Shown: positions 59,374 through 64,000 of the stretch, in pieces
Layout of the letters: the number at the start of each line of letters is the position of its first letter
Numbering within the stretch: position 1 is the first letter of the stretch
Source of the DNA: Azolla caroliniana
Taxonomy: Eukaryota; Plantae; Polypodiophyta
DNA length: 64,000 nucleotides
Reading direction: 5' to 3'
Assembly (NCBI GenBank): GCA_043228905.1
Contig: JBHGNT010000008.1
Location: 15,314,001-15,378,000, forward strand
Notes under the pieces: model-generated
The model's database searches: none
Told to the model about the DNA's origin: nothing
The model's input: the letters and a program-made list of their open reading frames with translations, nothing else
Position numbers and translations under genes: made by a program

Positions 59374-62300
59374 ATGGACGAATCGTTTGGCGGCATGTTC
59401 AAGCTCACCGGCTCCAACTATTCAGTGTGGAAGTCAAAGATGAGGGACATGCTCGTGGTTAAAGATCTTTGGCTACCGGTTCAGTTCGGGCACAAGAGAC
59501 CGGACAAGATCGATGCCACAATATGGGAGGTGATGCACATGAAGACAACGACGTACATACGATGCTTCATCGACATGAGCCTGTACAACAACTTCAATGA
59601 AGAGAGCAAGGCTCATGAGCTCTGGGAGAAGATCGGCATAATGTTTCAGAACAAAAATGTTGTCAATCAGGTTTCGGTATTCCGGAAGCTAGTAAGACTC
59701 CGGTACCAAGATGGCTCCAGCATGGCAGAGCACATGAATGCCTTCCAGGGGCTGATCCACCAGGCAACTTCATTGGAAGTACCTCTCGCCGATGAGGTAC
59801 TAGCGCTACTCCTGCTCGTTTCCCTCCCGGATAGCTGGGAGACGTTGGTTGTCACTTTGGGCAACGCCGGGCCGGAAGGAAAGCGGTTATCCCTGGCAAG
59901 AGTAAAGTCGAGCTTGCTAGATGAGGAGGCGCGTCGGAAAGATAAGGATACGAGCTCCGACTCCAAAGCGCTCCTTACCGAATCGGAACGCGGAAGACAT
60001 AGAAACCGTAGTCCCCAGAACCGGGAGAAGTCGGGGACACGGTCAAAGTCAAGGGGGAGGCCCACTTGCTTCTATTGCGGCAAGCCGGGTCACTTCCAAA
60101 AGAACTGTCGGCATTTCCGTAAAGATAAGGAGAACGACGGTACCCATTCGAAGCAGACCCCGATCCGGAAGGGGACGGACCGGAAGGGAACGACAGCAAT
60201 CGCGGCAAGTGAAGAAGAGTTGATGCTCATCACCGAGGAGAGTGAGATAAACCTTGCCGGCGACGAGATGACCTGGGTGGTAGACTCCGGAGCGGTGTTC
60301 CACCTTACCCCGGACCGGAAATGCTTCTCATCCTACTCAGCCGGTGATCACGGCTGTGTCCGGATGGGGAATGAAGGTACATGCCGAATTGTCGGCATAG
60401 GAGACGTGTGGCTAACAACACCAACCGGATGCAAATTGCTGTTGAAGGATGTCCGACACATTCCGGAGGTTCGTCTGAACCTGATATCAGCCGGTTGGCT
60501 AGATGATGAAGGCTACACGGGTAGCATCCGGAACGGTGTCATGAAGTTCAGCAAAGGGAGCCTGATTGTGGCTCGGGCCCGGAAGGTCAACACGTTGTAC
60601 CTGATGAATGCCCGGTTATGCCCGGAAGAAGTGAACGTGGCATCCGACACTGCCGGTGAGTTGTGGCACAAGAGGCTGTGTCACATGAGCGAGAAGGGGA
60701 TGAAGAGGCTTGCAGACGACAACCTCATTCCAGTGAAGAACGTGCACTTGGAGAAGTGCACTGATTGTCTCGCCAGTAAGCAGAACAAAACCTCCTTCCG
60801 ACCAAGGCTACCGATGAGACGTAATGCACCACTGGAGTTGGTGCATACGGATGTGTGTCAAGTAGACACGAAGTCACATGCCGGAGCGCAGTACTTCGTG
60901 ACGTTCATAGATGACCACAGCCGGAAGCTGTGGGCCACACCGTTGAAGACGAAGGATCAGGTGTTATCCGTCTTCAAAGAGCTCCACGCGAGAGTGGAAA
61001 GAGAAACCGGCCAGAAGCTAAAGGCGGTTCGAGCAGATAACGGAGGAGAGTACCGGGGGCAGTTCGAGGAGTACTGCCGCTCGAAGGGAATCCGACTCGA
61101 ATTTACCGTGCCGAAGACGCCGGAACTAAACGGACTGGCCGAGAGGATGAACCGGACCATAATGGAGAGGGTCCGGAGTATGCTAGCGCATGCAAAACTA
61201 CCCAATAAGTTTTGGGTTGAGGCACTGTCGACGGCGACATACGTGATAAATAGATCACCCTCAGTACCCTTGGACGGAGACACGCCACAGAGAGTATGGA
61301 CCGGTAAGGAAGTGTCCTACCGGCATCTGAAGGTGTTCGGGTGTCTCGCGTATGTGCATGTAGCAAAGGACCGGAGAGGAAAGTTAGATCCAAAGACCCG
61401 GCCATGCATATTCCTCGGTTACAGTGACGATGAGTTCGGCTACCGAGTGTGGGACCCGGTCGACAAGAAGGTATTCCGGAGTCGAGATATTATCTTCATG
61501 GAGAACAAGACGCTCGCCGACTGGGAGTCGGAGAAGAAGATAATGAACTCCGAGTCGACCGGTAAGGATAGACTCTACGATGAGCAGACCCAACCAGCAA
61601 GAGACCGGTTAGCACTCGAGGAACCATCCGGTTACGATGAGGATACCAAACCGGCAGAAGAAGAAGTAGAGGAAGCTGAGACCAGAACCGGCCAAGACCC
61701 CGAATCGGATTCGGATGAAGAGCAAATGGAGGAGCCGGCTACCGAAGCCCAAAGACGGAGATATCCTCTCAGAGAGAGAAGGGCTCCCCGGAGATTTCCG
61801 GATGCAGAGCATGTTCTGTTGACCGATGAGGGGGAGCCGGAAAGCTTCAAAGAAGCGGAGGATGACACCCATAGCCGAAAATGGTTAAGTGCCATGCAGG
61901 ACGAGATGGATTCCCTGCATGAGAACCATACGTACGAATTGGTGGAGCTGCCGAAAGGAAAGCGGGCACTCCGAAACAAGTTGGTGTACAAGTTGAAACC
62001 GGGAGATGCCGGTAACCCCCCGAGATACAAAGCCAGGATCGTGGTGAAGGGGTTCCAACAGAAGAAGGGCGTGGACTTCGACGAGATATTTTCCCCGGTA
62101 GTAAAGATGACCTCCATTCGGATGGTGCTGAGTATAGCAGCAAGCATGGACCTCGAGGTAGAGCAGCTGGACATGAAGACAACATTCCTTCACGGCGACC
62201 TCGAAGAGGAGATCTACATGCAGCAACCAGAAGGTTTCGTGGAGAAAGGGAAGGAGCACCTGGTATGCCGGTTGAAGAAGAGCCTGTACGGACTGAAGCA

Positions 62301-63405
62301 GGCTCCCCGACAATGGTACCGGAAGTTCGACTCCTTCATGACCGATCAAGGGTACCACAAGATGCAGGCCGATCACTGCGTGTTTGTGAAGAAGTTCGAA
62401 GGAGGAGATTTCCTGATACTCCTTCTGTACGTGGATGACATGTTGATCGTCGGACGGGACCAAGTCAAAATACGGATGCTGAAGAAGGCTCTCAACCGGA
62501 CCTTCTCAATGAAAGACTTGGGTTCGGCAAGACAGATGTTGGGGATGCACATCATTCGGGACCGGTCAGTGAAGCAATTATGGCTGTCACAAGAGAAGTA
62601 TGTGACAAAGGTGCTTCACCGGTTCAACATGTCAGAGGCGAAACCGGTCGGATCGACACTTCCGACAAACTGCAGGCTATCCGGTAAGCAAAGCCCTAAG
62701 ACGAAAGCAGAGAAGGCGGATATGATAAAGATTCCATATGCCTCTGTCGTCGGGAGCTTGATGTACGCAATGGTTTGTACCCGACCGGACATAGGATACG
62801 CAGTCGGAGTGGTGAGCCGGTTTATGAGCAATCCCGGCAAGGAGCACTGGAACGCAGTCAAATGGATACTCCGATATTTGAAGGGCACTTCAAATATGTG
62901 TCTCCGATTCGGCTCCGGAAAACCTCAACTGGACGGTTTCACCGATTCGGACATGTCGGCTGATGTGGATACCAGCCGGTCTACATCCGGGTATGTAATG
63001 ATATATGCAGGGGGAGCTGTTTCGTGGCAGTCGAGGCTGCAGAAGACGGTTGCATTGTCAACCACAGAGGCGGAGTACATGGCGGCTGTGGAAGCCGGCA
63101 AGGAAATATTATGGATGAAGGACTTCATCGGAGAGCTCGGTATTCGGCAAGAGGAATACCGACTCTATTGCGACAGTCAGAGTGCTATTCACCTTGCTAA
63201 GAATGCGGCCTACCACTCTCGGACGAAGCATATCCAGCGAAGATTTCACTGGATCCGGGAAAGAGTAGATCACCAGGAGTTCGTGCTGACGAAGATCCAC
63301 ACCACTGAGAACGGGTCAGATATGCTGACCAAAGTTCTGATACCCGACAAGCTGGATGCATGCCGGAAGCGGATCGGACTGATCAGACACCCCATGCCGG
63401 AGTGA
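59374..63405 (+). CDS. Gag-Pol polyprotein of element I (gag, CCHC, protease, integrase, RT, RNase H)
   Basis: 1343 aa: CFYCGKPGHFQKNC, WVVDSGA, LWHKRLCH, VHTDV/ADNGGEY/AERMN, LYVDDML, FTDSD, TKHI. Confidence 0.96.
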   Translation: MDESFGGMFKLTGSNYSVWKSKMRDMLVVKDLWLPVQFGHKRPDKIDATIWEVMHMKTTTYIRCFIDMSLYNNFNEESKAHELWEKIGIMFQNKNVVNQVSVFRKLVRLRYQDGSSMAEHMNAFQGLIHQATSLEVPLADEVLALLLLVSLPDSWETLVVTLGNAGPEGKRLSLARVKSSLLDEEARRKDKDTSSDSKALLTESERGRHRNRSPQNREKSGTRSKSRGRPTCFYCGKPGHFQKNCRHFRKDKENDGTHSKQTPIRKGTDRKGTTAIAASEEELMLITEESEINLAGDEMTWVVDSGAVFHLTPDRKCFSSYSAGDHGCVRMGNEGTCRIVGIGDVWLTTPTGCKLLLKDVRHIPEVRLNLISAGWLDDEGYTGSIRNGVMKFSKGSLIVARARKVNTLYLMNARLCPEEVNVASDTAGELWHKRLCHMSEKGMKRLADDNLIPVKNVHLEKCTDCLASKQNKTSFRPRLPMRRNAPLELVHTDVCQVDTKSHAGAQYFVTFIDDHSRKLWATPLKTKDQVLSVFKELHARVERETGQKLKAVRADNGGEYRGQFEEYCRSKGIRLEFTVPKTPELNGLAERMNRTIMERVRSMLAHAKLPNKFWVEALSTATYVINRSPSVPLDGDTPQRVWTGKEVSYRHLKVFGCLAYVHVAKDRRGKLDPKTRPCIFLGYSDDEFGYRVWDPVDKKVFRSRDIIFMENKTLADWESEKKIMNSESTGKDRLYDEQTQPARDRLALEEPSGYDEDTKPAEEEVEEAETRTGQDPESDSDEEQMEEPATEAQRRRYPLRERRAPRRFPDAEHVLLTDEGEPESFKEAEDDTHSRKWLSAMQDEMDSLHENHTYELVELPKGKRALRNKLVYKLKPGDAGNPPRYKARIVVKGFQQKKGVDFDEIFSPVVKMTSIRMVLSIAASMDLEVEQLDMKTTFLHGDLEEEIYMQQPEGFVEKGKEHLVCRLKKSLYGLKQAPRQWYRKFDSFMTDQGYHKMQADHCVFVKKFEGGDFLILLLYVDDMLIVGRDQVKIRMLKKALNRTFSMKDLGSARQMLGMHIIRDRSVKQLWLSQEKYVTKVLHRFNMSEAKPVGSTLPTNCRLSGKQSPKTKAEKADMIKIPYASVVGSLMYAMVCTRPDIGYAVGVVSRFMSNPGKEHWNAVKWILRYLKGTSNMCLRFGSGKPQLDGFTDSDMSADVDTSRSTSGYVMIYAGGAVSWQSRLQKTVALSTTEAEYMAAVEAGKEILWMKDFIGELGIRQEEYRLYCDSQSAIHLAKNAAYHSRTKHIQRRFHWIRERVDHQEFVLTKIHTTENGSDMLTKVLIPDKLDACRKRIGLIRHPMPE

Positions 63406-64000
63406 AGGGGGAGTTTGTTGGGAGACAGGTCCCTCCGGATGGGAAGGGAGAAGAATAGTGCCGACGAACAATCTCGGCCGAGGCCGATAGGCCGAGGTGT
63501 GAACTTGATGAGGAGTACCCGGCTACGGAGAGCCGGATGGTGCAGGCCCGATGTGAACCGGATGAGGAGTACCCGGCTACGGAGAGCCGGATGGTGCAAG
63601 CCCGGTGTGAACCGGATGAGGAGTACCCGGCTACGGAGAGCCAGATGGTGTAGGCCCGGTGAGAACCGGATGAGGAGCACCCGGCTACGGAGAGCCGGAT
63701 GACGCAAACCCGGTACGAACCGGAGGAAGAGACATATTCGTAAATATGTTTCTGAGAGCTCATCGAGGCTACATTTGTAAATAGCCGAAAAAGTCATATT
63801 AGTATAAATATGACTTAGGGAAAACTTTTAGGGTTGTTATTTTTGTTGTTATTTTTGGTGGTTGTTATTCTTGTTGGTGCAAGAATAGAGAGAGCACGTA
63901 ACAGTGTACAGAGAGAGGGAGAGAGAGAAAGAGATCGCTGCCTCTGTTGTAACCGCCGCCTGTGCCGAAGATCGTGAGCACGAGGTCGTTGCCTCCGTGA

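Larger units (their letters stand above)
58553..64000 (+). mobile_element. Tork/Tnt1-like Ty1/copia element I (5' LTR 58553-59344, tRNA-iMet PBS 59347-59358, PPT ~63404-63413, 3' LTR from 63416 to window end)
   Basis: TGTTGGGAGAC direct repeats, TGGTATCAGAGC PBS, GAAGGGGGAG PPT, intact ORF. Confidence 0.96.

Overview
This window is a heterochromatin-type pile of nested transposons from a plant nuclear genome. A seed-free plant (fern or lycophyte) is inferred from the Tcn1-like chromoviruses and the RTEX-like LINE. I see no host genes, rRNA, bona fide tRNA genes or CRISPR arrays. About 20 LTR-retrotransposon copies and solo LTRs can be delimited by TG..CA ends, PBS, PPT and TSDs. Two keep an intact polyprotein. 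One is a very young 7.0-kb Tat-like Ty3/gypsy with a second, cellular-type RNase H (29369-36373, TSD GGAAG). The other is a Tork/Tnt1-like Ty1/copia (58553 to the window end). Also present are a decayed LINE, a 2.2-kb TIR element with unusual AAACACG ends, and gag-only tRNA-Trp-primed elements. The most unusual observations are three. First, a tRNA-like A-box/B-box module lies antisense in the U3 of five or six different LTR families. Second, a fixed-geometry 119-bp spaced palindrome occurs in LTRs. Third, two LTRs are fused head-to-head. All coordinates and identities were read by eye, and lineage names are inferences from motifs.
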